This document shows positions 9,611-17,438 of a stretch of 32,000 nucleotides of DNA, piece by piece. A program made the translations under genes and the position numbers. Location: the NCBI RefSeq assembly GCF_000172995.2, contig NC_014732.1:90001-122000 (forward strand), written 5' to 3'. The stretch is from Halogeometricum borinquense DSM 11551. Its GTDB lineage: Archaea; Halobacteriota; Halobacteria; Halobacteriales; Haloferacaceae. A model generated the notes under the pieces. The model was not told the origin of the DNA. It saw nothing but the letters and a program-made list of their open reading frames with translations, and did no database searches. How positions within the stretch are numbered: the first letter of the stretch is position 1; the number at the start of each line of letters is the position of its first letter.

Positions 9611-9660
9611 CCTCTCTCCCCCCTCCCCCCGCACCCCCCATCCCCCACTCACCCTCTCGC
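9611..9660. repeat. polypyrimidine / C-run tract (G-quadruplex or i-motif candidate)
   Basis: The plus strand reads C6-T-C6-GCA-C6-AT-C5 at 9618-9646, inside a ~50-nt almost pure pyrimidine stretch. The minus strand therefore has four G5-6 runs separated by 1-3-nt loops. It is intergenic, just 3' of the GNAT gene. Confidence 0.8.
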
Positions 9661-9820
9661 GGACGCCTCGTCGCGCTAGCGCCGCGATCTCGTTGACGAC
9701 CCTCCCGCGCTAACGTCGCTCTCTGGAACCGATCACACCCTCGTCTCTCGAATCGCCGTCTCTGTCGCGCTCTCGCCGCCTTTCACACTGTCTCAATCTT
9801 TTCATCAAACTTCACATAAA

Positions 9821-9830
9821 TTTATATATA
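9821..9830 (+). promoter_or_regulatory. TATA box for the DUF4013-like gene
   Basis: The sequence tttatatata is centred about 30 nt upstream of ATG 9855. This fits a leaderless or short-leader haloarchaeal transcript. Confidence 0.4.
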
Positions 9831-9854
9831 GTAAGTTGAATTTCATGCTCGCAG

Positions 9855-10553
9855 ATGTTAGAAGAAGGTATTTCCTATCCTCTTGATGGGGATAATGCAC
9901 TCGGTCGTATCGTCATCGGATCGCTGCTCATCTTCGGGTTTATCTTGGTTGTCCCGGTATTCCTCCTGTACGGTTATCTCGTCCGAGTCCTTGAGGCGAC
10001 GGCACACGGCAAACCAGAACCTCCCGCGTTCGACGACTGGGGGAAGATGTTCGTGGACGGACTCAAAGCGTTTGGCGTGACACTCGTGTACGGGTTCGTT
10101 CCGTTCGCACTCATGGGGGCCAGTCTCGGTGTCGGTCTTTCGGGTGGTGCCTCTGGAAGTGACACTGCGGCCGGACTCCTCGGTGGTATTGGAGCGCTCG
10201 GCTTCGGTGTGAGCTTCTTCGCCATGTTCATCATCTACTACCTCGTCCCGGCGGCGCTCACGAACATGGCCGTCGAAGACAGTTTCGGCGCAGCGTTCGA
10301 CATCAGCCGTCTCAAAGATGTCCTGTTGAGTGCGGATTACTTCGTCGCGTGGATAATCCCGTTCTTGCTCGCGTTCGTCGCTTACGTGCTGACTGGTTTT
10401 CTCGTCGCCATCACGATCGGCATTGGAACTCTCCTCGTCCCGACTATCCAGTTCTACACGAACGTCGCCGTATTCTACATGTTCGGTCGCGCGTTCGGGA
10501 AGGTCACTGGTATCGAAACGACGCAGTCGGCAACGCCGGCCGACGCCGTGTAA
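9855..10553 (+). CDS. DUF4013-like membrane protein
   Basis: 232 aa. The N-terminus ISYPLDGDNALGRIVIGSLL…LLYGYLVRVLEATAHGKPEPPAFDDWGKMFVDGLKAFGVTLVYGFV matches my memory of the DUF4013 signature (GY-x-VRV…P-F-DDW…F-DG-K). Four to five TM helices. Confidence 0.75.
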   Translation: MLEEGISYPLDGDNALGRIVIGSLLIFGFILVVPVFLLYGYLVRVLEATAHGKPEPPAFDDWGKMFVDGLKAFGVTLVYGFVPFALMGASLGVGLSGGASGSDTAAGLLGGIGALGFGVSFFAMFIIYYLVPAALTNMAVEDSFGAAFDISRLKDVLLSADYFVAWIIPFLLAFVAYVLTGFLVAITIGIGTLLVPTIQFYTNVAVFYMFGRAFGKVTGIETTQSATPADAV

Positions 10554-10629
10554 TTCACGACGCCGCGTAATTCACCCCGAGGCGATATTTTCGACGGCTT
10601 CGTCGTATGAAACCTTTCTTTCTGTGTTC

Positions 10630-10983
10630 CTACGCAGCGCGAACCACTCGCTCGGATGCGGTGGCTTCAGGTTGCAGCATCCCACTCGTCGAGGTCAAAC
10701 CACTATCCTCGTTGTCGAGACGGTCGCTGGTGGTGAGGAGGTCATACGCGGCGGTGACGCAGTGGTCGTCGTCCGCAATCGCCCAGAACCCGCCCTTGTG
10801 CCGAACGAGGTCCCGATCATTCAGCCGAGAGAGCGCCGTTCCACGGTGTTTGGCTGATCTGACGTGGTGTTTCCTGGTTCGTGTATTTACTATAACTTCG
10901 TTCGGCCGAATCAAACGCTCGACAACCGTACGCCCATCAAAGCGGTGCGCATCTATACAGTGCCGAGAAACGAAATCTGCCAA
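10630..10983 (-). CDS. winged-helix (MarR/TrmB-like) protein, possibly 5'-truncated or chimeric
   Basis: 117 aa from a TTG; there is no in-frame ATG near the start. The central segment …RGTALSRLNDRDLVRHKGGFWAIADDD… resembles the recognition-helix/wing part of haloarchaeal wHTH regulators. The first ~40 codons lie in the low-GC island and do not look like the first helices of such a domain. Confidence 0.4.
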   Translation of the reverse strand: MADFVSRHCIDAHRFDGRTVVERLIRPNEVIVNTRTRKHHVRSAKHRGTALSRLNDRDLVRHKGGFWAIADDDHCVTAAYDLLTTSDRLDNEDSGLTSTSGMLQPEATASERVVRAA

Positions 10984-11017
10984 AAATACTATAGATCTAC
11001 ACTATTAATAATTTCAT

Positions 11018-11386
11018 ATGAGCGCAAATAGTGATGAGGTATACGAACTGTACGAACAATTATCAGAAGAAGAGCGTGAAGATTTCTTCCACCGATTATC
11101 TGGTGATCTAGATTGGGTCAGCATCGACGAAAGTGTACCAGAGATTGACGAGGAACCCTGGAACTTGTATTGGCACGAATTCAAGAGTGGCTCTGACGAA
11201 TTTGAAAAATTCATCCATAACCCCCTCGCAGTACTAGCAAATTCGATCGAAGAGGTTGACGAAAGCTTCCATATAACTACTAATATTGTCAATCATCACC
11301 GAGGGCTTGCGATGACAGAGGTATGTACAATGCCGATGGTTATGGCTGAGTACGAAACAGTGCACGTTCTATTATACAAGCACTGA
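11018..11386 (+). CDS. hypothetical acidic protein encoded in the low-GC island
   Basis: An uninterrupted 122-codon ORF in ~37% GC DNA, where stops should be frequent. The start is ATG, with tattaataa upstream. The sequence is very acidic (SDEVYELYEQLSEEEREDFFHRLSGDLDWVSIDESVPEIDEEPWNLYWHEF…). No family recognised. Confidence 0.5.
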   Translation: MSANSDEVYELYEQLSEEEREDFFHRLSGDLDWVSIDESVPEIDEEPWNLYWHEFKSGSDEFEKFIHNPLAVLANSIEEVDESFHITTNIVNHHRGLAMTEVCTMPMVMAEYETVHVLLYKH

Positions 11387-11467
11387 ATAGACAAACACAT
11401 CTACAATCTGTCAGTAAATACCGTACCTCATCAATATTTTTCTGATTCTGACAAGAAGGGGTATGTA

Positions 11468-11629
11468 ATGGAGGAATATAGGGAACTCCATAGCAAGTTG
11501 CGTGCAACCCTGAACGACTTGCGACAGGCAGTTGGCGAGGCACTGGTGGTTGTGGAAGCCGAAGAATCGACCGGACTCAGTACGCGGTCCAAGCACCTGC
11601 GGACGTACGAGTCGGTACTAGTACGATGA
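11468..11629 (+). CDS. candidate 53-aa micro-ORF coupled to the downstream hydrolase gene
   Basis: This ORF is below the 60-aa cutoff and so is absent from the supplied track. Translation: MEEYRELHSKLRATLNDLRQAVGEALVVVEAEESTGLSTRSKHLRTYESVLVR. Its TGA (11627-11629) overlaps the ATG (11626-11628) of the next gene as ATGA. It is predicted helical, with intermediate GC3 (about 60%). Confidence 0.3.
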   Translation: MEEYRELHSKLRATLNDLRQAVGEALVVVEAEESTGLSTRSKHLRTYESVLVR

Positions 11630-13026
11630 TTTCGCGCCGCTCTGTTCTCCAGTGTATCACCGCTGGGTCTCTCGTCGGATTGGTTGGCCACACGGGATCT
11701 ACAGCACAACCCGAATCTACGACAGACGGAACCGACCAGAACGCCACCGGCAAGCTTCGTGTCTCACCAACGTCAGTACATTACGACGAACCGTTCACAC
11801 TCATGGTGAGTGGCATAGCTCCTGGGACAGCCGTGACGATCACGGCCCGGACGTTCGACCGCGAGGGTCGTCAGTGGGCTTCGTTCGCAACGTTCACGGC
11901 GTCCTCGAAGGGTGTCGTCGATATCGAGACGCACGCTCCGGACGCAGGGACGTACGAGACAGTTTCTCCTATGGGGTTAATCTGGTCGATGCGGCCAACC
12001 GACGGCGAATCATCAATATACGCGCCACCGGAGGGAGGCAGCGACCTGACGCTCACTGCGAGCGCCGATGGTCGACAAATCGGCCAGCAGACCGTGACCC
12101 GGTGGTTCGGTCCCAAGAAGTTGCATACCGAGGCGTCTCCCGACGGACTTCTTGGCACGCTATTCCGACCGAGCGGGGATGGTCCATATCCAGGTGTTAT
12201 GGTCCTCCACGGCTCAGGCGGTCAGCCCGCCGTCGGAAGCGCGCTCATGCTTGCCGCCCACGGATACGCAGCGTTCGCACCACAGTATTTCGGTCCGCCA
12301 GATGCAGTTCCGGACCAGCTAGCCGAGGTTCCCCTTGAATACCTCCAGCGGGGCTACGACTGGCTAACGAGCCGTCCAGCTGTTCGAGACGGCTCGGTCG
12401 GCCTCCTCGGCACTTCCAAAGGGGCTGAATTGGCGTTGCTAGCTGGTGCGACCTTCGATTGGGTCGGAGCTGTCGCGGCGTACGCACCGTCGGGCATCGT
12501 CTGGGCGGGGTTGACGTACGGTGGCGAGATGACATCGTCGTGGACACTCGACGGCGACCCGGTTCCGTTCGTCCCGACCGCGTTCCCGCCGTCGGTCATC
12601 GCCGACTACGTCGCATCGTGGCCGCTCGGAGGTTCGGTGTCGCTCCGACCGACCTACGAGGTTGGATTGGAGCAGGCGAGTACCGAGCGAATCTCGGAGG
12701 CGACGATACCGGTCGAGAACATCGACGGCCCGGTAACACTCGTCTCGGGCGGAGACGACAGATTATGGCCGTCAGCCACATTCGGACGGATGGTAGTGAG
12801 GCGACTCCGTAACCATGAGCATCCGTATCCGGTCCGACACGTTACGACGGAGACGGCGGGCCACGCCATCTCGTTCCCGTATCAGCCAACCACCGGGTTG
12901 ACGGCGATAAGCAGTCCGCCCCCGGGGACTACGATGGCATTGGGCGGGTCTCCGGAAGGCCTCGCACGGGCTAACAAGGAGTCGTGGCCGGTCGTCCTCT
13001 CGACGCTTGAGGGGGGATTATCATGA
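11626..13026 (+). CDS. Tat-secreted BAAT/acyl-CoA thioesterase-like (dienelactone hydrolase fold) alpha/beta hydrolase
   Basis: 466 aa.
- Twin-arginine signal: MISRRSVLQCITAGSLVGLVG.
- N-terminal beta-sandwich segment: KLRVSPTSVHYDEPFTLMVSGIAPGTAVTITART….
- C-terminal hydrolase: PGVMVLHGSGGQP…LAAHGYAAFAPQYFG.
- Nucleophile elbow GTSKGAELALL (GxSxG) and a late …TETAGHAI… (His). Confidence 0.85.
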   Translation: MISRRSVLQCITAGSLVGLVGHTGSTAQPESTTDGTDQNATGKLRVSPTSVHYDEPFTLMVSGIAPGTAVTITARTFDREGRQWASFATFTASSKGVVDIETHAPDAGTYETVSPMGLIWSMRPTDGESSIYAPPEGGSDLTLTASADGRQIGQQTVTRWFGPKKLHTEASPDGLLGTLFRPSGDGPYPGVMVLHGSGGQPAVGSALMLAAHGYAAFAPQYFGPPDAVPDQLAEVPLEYLQRGYDWLTSRPAVRDGSVGLLGTSKGAELALLAGATFDWVGAVAAYAPSGIVWAGLTYGGEMTSSWTLDGDPVPFVPTAFPPSVIADYVASWPLGGSVSLRPTYEVGLEQASTERISEATIPVENIDGPVTLVSGGDDRLWPSATFGRMVVRRLRNHEHPYPVRHVTTETAGHAISFPYQPTTGLTAISSPPPGTTMALGGSPEGLARANKESWPVVLSTLEGGLS

Positions 13027-13829
13027 CCGCACGCGATATGCTTGCCGCTCCACGTCGGTGGGTGCGTCCGGCGATTGCTGCCGCGGTCGTTCCAGCTATC
13101 GTTGGTGTGGTTGCCTTCTTCAAGGGCTATCCGCTCCCGGTAGACGGCAGGGAGTTCGTGGCTGTCGCCGGAAGCGGGATATTACTTGGACTGCTCGGCA
13201 TCGTCGGCTGGTGGTTGTCCGAACGTGGCCGTCCGGCGGCAGTCGTAACCGCGGTTGCGGGAGTCTCTGGGGGCGTGGGATGGAGCCTGTGGCGACCGGG
13301 CGTGACAGCGGCGCGTGTCGGCGGTGAAGTCGTCCTGACCGGCGATCCGATCCTTGCTCGTTTCGTCGGTGTCACCCCGTGGCTCCTCCTCGTCGTCGGC
13401 ATCGTCGGAGTCGTCGAGCCTGTCGTTCCCGGTCTGAAAGCGTTCGTCGGAAGTAAAGCGGCAGCGTCTCGGCGCCGGACACGTCGAGGTGCACTTCGAT
13501 TTGGGGTGCTGAGTGGCGTGGTGCTGACTTTCCTCTCAGTCCTCCCGGTGTACCTCATTGCGGATGGTTTCGGTGACGTACTCTTCCTCGGATTCAGTCT
13601 CGGTGGCGGATTCGTCGGCATGCTGATCGTCGCCTATCTGTTCGCACGCCACCACCTCGTACTGCCCGTCTTTGGAGTCGGTGTCATCACGTCCGCGGCA
13701 GCGGTAGCGGTGGCGACCGGCGGGTCACCGGTTGGATATCCGATGGCGTGGTCGATCTGGCTTCTCTTGGGAGTACTCCTCGGAGTCATTGAGGCGGTCG
13801 GTTGGCGACTCGTCTCGGCCGTCTGGTGA
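13023..13829 (+). CDS. hypothetical polytopic membrane protein coupled to the hydrolase gene
   Basis: ATGA overlap at 13023-13026. 268 aa with about 7-8 hydrophobic helices rich in G/V/A/L. No motif recognised. Confidence 0.7.
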   Translation: MTARDMLAAPRRWVRPAIAAAVVPAIVGVVAFFKGYPLPVDGREFVAVAGSGILLGLLGIVGWWLSERGRPAAVVTAVAGVSGGVGWSLWRPGVTAARVGGEVVLTGDPILARFVGVTPWLLLVVGIVGVVEPVVPGLKAFVGSKAAASRRRTRRGALRFGVLSGVVLTFLSVLPVYLIADGFGDVLFLGFSLGGGFVGMLIVAYLFARHHLVLPVFGVGVITSAAAVAVATGGSPVGYPMAWSIWLLLGVLLGVIEAVGWRLVSAVW

Positions 13830-14020
13830 CTGACGCTTCGCTAGGTTCGGTGAGGCGGGCAAATTCTTGCATGGACGCCACGAACTGACATTCACCTCAC
13901 TCTTCGACCGCATCCGAATGCTGCCAGGTGTGTTGCATCAGTGCTTATCAATACCGCGTCTCCGGCGACGTGCGTGGGGAACACCGAAAGTCAATGCCCC
14001 TCTCTCCCGAGAAGTGTAGT

Positions 14021-14428
14021 ATGGCTGAACATCTCTGTTCCCTCTCGGAGTTGGATGAAGGCGACTCGTGGCTGTTCACTGTCCGCGAAGCCGATGGAAG
14101 CGAGGAAGAAGTCGTTCTCGTCCGAACTGATGACTGCGTGCGCGCGTGGTTGAACTACTGTCAACACGAAACCGACCAGCGTCTCGACAGGGGGTTCGGC
14201 GCGGCGATGCGCGACGGTGAAATCGTCTGTCCGAAACACGGGTCGATGTACGACGCCTGTTCTGGGTACTGCGACAACGGCAAAGCCGCCGAATCGACAC
14301 TCGTCAGTGTCGATGTCGAGACACGTGACGGCGATGTGGTACTCACTGACGACGACCGCACGTTCCTTCACGAGGGAGCAATCGAAGCGGACGATCTGCC
14401 GGGGTCGTCGTCGCACCTCACGTTCTAA
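14021..14428 (+). CDS. Rieske [2Fe-2S] domain protein
   Basis: 135 aa from ATG 14021; the ORF opens at 13928, with an alternative ATG at 13994. It carries the CxH…CxxH pattern: WLNYCQHETDQRL…GEIVCPKHGSMYDACSG. Confidence 0.85.
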   Translation: MAEHLCSLSELDEGDSWLFTVREADGSEEEVVLVRTDDCVRAWLNYCQHETDQRLDRGFGAAMRDGEIVCPKHGSMYDACSGYCDNGKAAESTLVSVDVETRDGDVVLTDDDRTFLHEGAIEADDLPGSSSHLTF

Positions 14429-14453
14429 CGTATTCGCGCGATTTCGCGGGACT

Positions 14454-14487
14454 GTCCGCCCGACCCGAATGGATTTTCCGGGCGGAC
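14454..14487 (+). other. perfect 9-bp-stem hairpin between the Rieske and SprT-like genes
   Basis: GTCCGCCCG (14454-14462) pairs with CGGGCGGAC (14479-14487). The 16-nt loop contains TTTT. The hairpin lies 26 nt after the Rieske stop and 16 nt before the SprT-like GTG. Confidence 0.35.
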
Positions 14488-14502
14488 TGAGACGGACGGA
14501 CA

Positions 14503-15105
14503 GTGACTGGTGACGCGTCTTCCGGTATTCCATCCGCCGGTTCCGATTTCGGTGGCGTACCCGAGACCTTCGAGGCGGTGACGACGCACGACGACCTTCT
14601 CGCGTGGTCCGCCGCGTACTGCGAACGCGCCGTCGAGACATTCGATTTCGATGTGGACCTCTCTCGCGTCGAATGGGAGGTCTCGACGCGTGCGAAGCGG
14701 CGCGCCGCGGCCGTCAAGCGCCCGCAAATTAGCGGTGCAACGGTCGGGGAGCCGAAATCATGGGCCGACGGCATCCCGGCGTGTACAGTCTCGCTGACGT
14801 GGGCGGCGTTCGAAGCGTTCGACGAAACCGAGTGGACGGCGACGCTCAGGCACGAGTTGGTCCACGTCGAACAGTTCCAGCGGTTCGGGACGACGAATCA
14901 CGGTCCTCGATTCAAGCGACGGGCCGAGTCGGTGGATGCGCCGATTCGTGTCCGTCGATTCGCTGATCCGGCGTACGTCCTCTCCTGCGGTGACTGCGGT
15001 GGGGTGGTCGCCCGCCGCTACCGTGACTGCAAACTCGTCCGACGGCACGACGAGTACCTCTCCTCCTGTTGCTCGGCGTCGCTGACGCTTGCTGAGAGGG
15101 GGTGA
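14503..15105 (+). CDS. SprT-like zinc metalloprotease domain protein
   Basis: 200 aa from GTG 14503. The HExxH motif is in WTATLRHELVHVEQFQRFGTTNHGPRFKRRA. The C-terminal Cys cluster (CGDCGG…C…SCC) looks like a zinc ribbon. Confidence 0.85.
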   Translation: MTGDASSGIPSAGSDFGGVPETFEAVTTHDDLLAWSAAYCERAVETFDFDVDLSRVEWEVSTRAKRRAAAVKRPQISGATVGEPKSWADGIPACTVSLTWAAFEAFDETEWTATLRHELVHVEQFQRFGTTNHGPRFKRRAESVDAPIRVRRFADPAYVLSCGDCGGVVARRYRDCKLVRRHDEYLSSCCSASLTLAERG

Positions 15106-15234
15106 ACAGCGGAGGCGGCGATCCGGATTGGTGCGGCGGCCCAGATGGACGGCAAGACGGGCGCATGCGCCCGATCCAGCCAGTTGATTGATGTGGGAGA
15201 CGCCGGTGGCTGTACCCGAGGGTACTCTCGACAG

Positions 15235-16212
15235 ATGATTCAGACTGGGCAGGCGGTACAGGTTGGCATTGTCGTCGTGTCGGTCGCCGGACTGTGGATC
15301 GGCGCGCGTCTGCTCGTCGATTCTGTTGTCCGGTTAGCGCGACGCGTCGGCCTATCGGAGTTGACCATCGGACTGACCGTCGTCGCCGCGGGCACCTCCA
15401 CACCCGAACTCGTTGTCACGGCCGATGCAGCCCTCGTGGGGCTCGGTGATATCGCCGTCGGCAACGTCGTCGGCTCGAACATCTACAATTTGGCGTTCAT
15501 CCTCGGCGTGGTCTCGCTGCTCCGGGTCGTCCCAATAGAGCGCTCGCTCGTCCACCGCGACGGAGTCGCATTACTCGTCAGTACGTTCCTCGGCGTGTAC
15601 GCGATATCCGACTCCGTGGTGACCCGAGGCGAGGGAGCGGTCCTCGTCGGCCTGTTCGTCGCGTACATCGCCTTTCTGCTTCGAAGCGGAATCACGGACG
15701 AAATGTCGGCCGACGCGGACGCCCCGCCCGGCGTCACCACCACCGTCACCGAGCGAATACAGTTCCGCGGGCGTGACGTCGTCTTGTTGGTCGCCGGACT
15801 GGCTATCGTCCTCATCAGCGGCGACCTGATGGTGGGATCGGCCTCGGAACTGGCGCGTGGCGCGGGCGTCTCCGAGTGGGTTATCGGTGGGACAATCGTC
15901 GCCGCTGGCACCTCCACGCCGGAGTTCGCCGTCTCGCTCGTGGCGATGCGACGCGGCCGACTCGGCGTCAGTGTCGGCAACGTGGTCGGGAGCAACGTGT
16001 TCAATCTCCTCGTCATTATGGGTGTCGGCGCGGTGATTCGTCCGCTGTCGCTAAGCGGTTCTATCGGGCTGAGTCTGACGTGGTTGGTCGCCGTCTCCGT
16101 CGCCGTGGTCGCGGCTCTCTGGACGGGGCGTCGCCTCTCGCGTGCGGAAGGCGGACTGTTCGCGGGGTCGGAAGTTATCCGGTGGGTCGTCGGCCTCCTC
16201 GGTCTCGGGTAG
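15235..16212 (+). CDS. CaCA-family sodium/calcium exchanger (YrbG-like)
   Basis: 325 aa from ATG 15235; the listed ORF has a non-hydrophobic 30-codon extension. It has the two alpha-repeats GLTVVAAGTSTPELVVT…GNVVGSNIYN and GGTIVAAGTSTPEFAVS…GNVVGSNVFN, and about 10 TM helices. Confidence 0.9.
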   Translation: MIQTGQAVQVGIVVVSVAGLWIGARLLVDSVVRLARRVGLSELTIGLTVVAAGTSTPELVVTADAALVGLGDIAVGNVVGSNIYNLAFILGVVSLLRVVPIERSLVHRDGVALLVSTFLGVYAISDSVVTRGEGAVLVGLFVAYIAFLLRSGITDEMSADADAPPGVTTTVTERIQFRGRDVVLLVAGLAIVLISGDLMVGSASELARGAGVSEWVIGGTIVAAGTSTPEFAVSLVAMRRGRLGVSVGNVVGSNVFNLLVIMGVGAVIRPLSLSGSIGLSLTWLVAVSVAVVAALWTGRRLSRAEGGLFAGSEVIRWVVGLLGLG

Positions 16213-16216
16213 GTTC

Positions 16217-17185
16217 TCAGTCGTTCTGCCGTGCCGAGGCAACGGGCGGGACGGGGACGCTGTCGAGGACTTCGTCCACTACGTCGAGTGGATCGACACC
16301 GCGGACGCGCGCGTCCGATGTCAGGACAAGTCGGTGGCGGAACACCGACGGTGCGGCGGCTTTCACGTCGTCCGGGACGGCGTAGTCGCGTCCTCGGATG
16401 ACCGCGCGGGCGCGCGCAGCCTCGAACAGTCGCTGGATTCCACGCGGGGAGACGCCGACATCGACGCGGGCGTCTTCACGTGTCGCACGACCTAAATCGA
16501 CGATGTAGTCGCGCAGTTTCTCGTCCACGCGGACGTGTTCGGGGACAGAGCGGAGTGCGGACACTTGTTCATCGGTGACGACGCGCGAGGCCGACGGGGA
16601 ACGCCGCGTCCGGTCGGCCCGCCGGTCGATGAGTTCGCGCTCGCCTTCGCGTCCGGGGTACCCGAGTTCGGTCTTGACGATGAACCGATCCCGTTGCGCC
16701 TCGGGCAGGCGGAACGTTCCTTCCTGTTCGACTGGGTTCTGCGTGGCGATGACGAAAAACGGGTTCGGGAGGTCGTGGGTGACGCCGTCCACCGTGACCT
16801 GTCCCTCGCCCATCGCTTCGAGGAGCGCGGCCTGCGTCTTCGGCGGCGCGCGGTTAATCTCGTCTGCGAGGACGACGTTGGCGAAGATAGGGCCGGGTTG
16901 GAACTCGAACGCTCCCTGTCGCTCGTCGTAGACGTTCGACCCGGTGATGTCGGCTGGGAGGAGGTCGGGCGTGAACTGAATACGGGCGAACGAGAGACCG
17001 AGGGCGGCGGCGATGCTCCGTGCGGTCAGCGTCTTTCCGGTGCCGGGAACGTCCTCGAGGAGGACGTGACCTCGGGCGAGGACGCCAGTCAAGACGGTTT
17101 CGAGGAAGTCGCGCTCTGCGACGACTGCGGCGCTGACAGCCTCGACCACGTCGTCGCACGTCGCCGCGGCCTGTGGTACGTCCAT
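16217..17185 (-). CDS. MoxR-family AAA+ ATPase
   Basis: 322 aa from ATG 17185. Motifs: HVLLEDVPGTGKTLTARSIAAALGLSFARIQFTPDLLPADITGS (Walker A), NVVLADEINRAPPKTQAALLEAM (Walker B) and FFVIATQNPVEQEGTFRLPEAQRDRF. Its stop is only 4 nt from the convergent antiporter stop. Confidence 0.95.
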   Translation of the reverse strand: MDVPQAAATCDDVVEAVSAAVVAERDFLETVLTGVLARGHVLLEDVPGTGKTLTARSIAAALGLSFARIQFTPDLLPADITGSNVYDERQGAFEFQPGPIFANVVLADEINRAPPKTQAALLEAMGEGQVTVDGVTHDLPNPFFVIATQNPVEQEGTFRLPEAQRDRFIVKTELGYPGREGERELIDRRADRTRRSPSASRVVTDEQVSALRSVPEHVRVDEKLRDYIVDLGRATREDARVDVGVSPRGIQRLFEAARARAVIRGRDYAVPDDVKAAAPSVFRHRLVLTSDARVRGVDPLDVVDEVLDSVPVPPVASARQND

Positions 17186-17438
17186 AGGGCCGCTTCGGCG
17201 GACCACCTTTTGAACTTTCCCGTCGGAGAACCAACTTGTTGGCCGTCTACATGACATCGGTGACTTATTTTCACGTCCGCAAGCGAGTCGGGAAGCGTGG
17301 CGAGAGACACTGTCTGATTTTGAAGCTACGCAGACGGGCGGGATAGATTTATGAGTGCTTTCTCTCGATGAGTATCATGTCAAATCAGTGTTTGCTCTGT
17401 ACGCCCCCAACGACCACTCGGCGTAGACTCATCGCCCG

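Noticed and set aside
8873-9679. A 268-aa plus-strand ORF overlapping the end of the membrane gene and the whole GNAT gene in another frame, plus minus-strand ORFs 9112-9648.
   Set aside because: The S/R/T/P-rich translation has no motif. The 9040-9591 frame gives a textbook GNAT sequence.
10547-10575. A direct repeat, GTAATTCAC…GTAATTCAC, straddling the DUF4013-like stop codon, considered as a possible target-site duplication.
   Set aside because: It is only 9-11 bp, the copies are adjacent (17 bp apart), and it is about 300 bp from the GC-shift boundary. No element lies between the copies, so it is most likely chance or a small local duplication.
10607-11008. A 133-aa plus-strand ORF opposite the wHTH-like gene.
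   Set aside because: It is Ser/Arg/Cys-rich and basic. The minus frame contains the LVRHKGGFWAI wing motif, although that gene is itself of uncertain integrity.
13991-14774. Minus-strand ORFs 13991-14641 (216 aa), 14418-14774 and 14425-14727 spanning the Rieske and SprT-like genes.
   Set aside because: They are extremely Arg-rich shadow ORFs. The plus-strand frames carry CxH/CxxH and HExxH motifs.
16535-17254. 239-aa and 118-aa plus-strand ORFs antisense to MoxR, plus the 24-codon N-terminal extension of the MoxR ORF (17186-17257).
   Set aside because: The antisense ORFs lack any motif and are Arg/Gly-rich. The extension (MSCRRPTSWFSDGKVQKVVRRSGP) is basic and atypical, and an ATG at 17185 gives a normal MoxR N-terminus. 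Similar basic extensions were trimmed from the AKR, CaCA, creatininase, PRC-barrel, Spo0M-like and Rieske ORFs.
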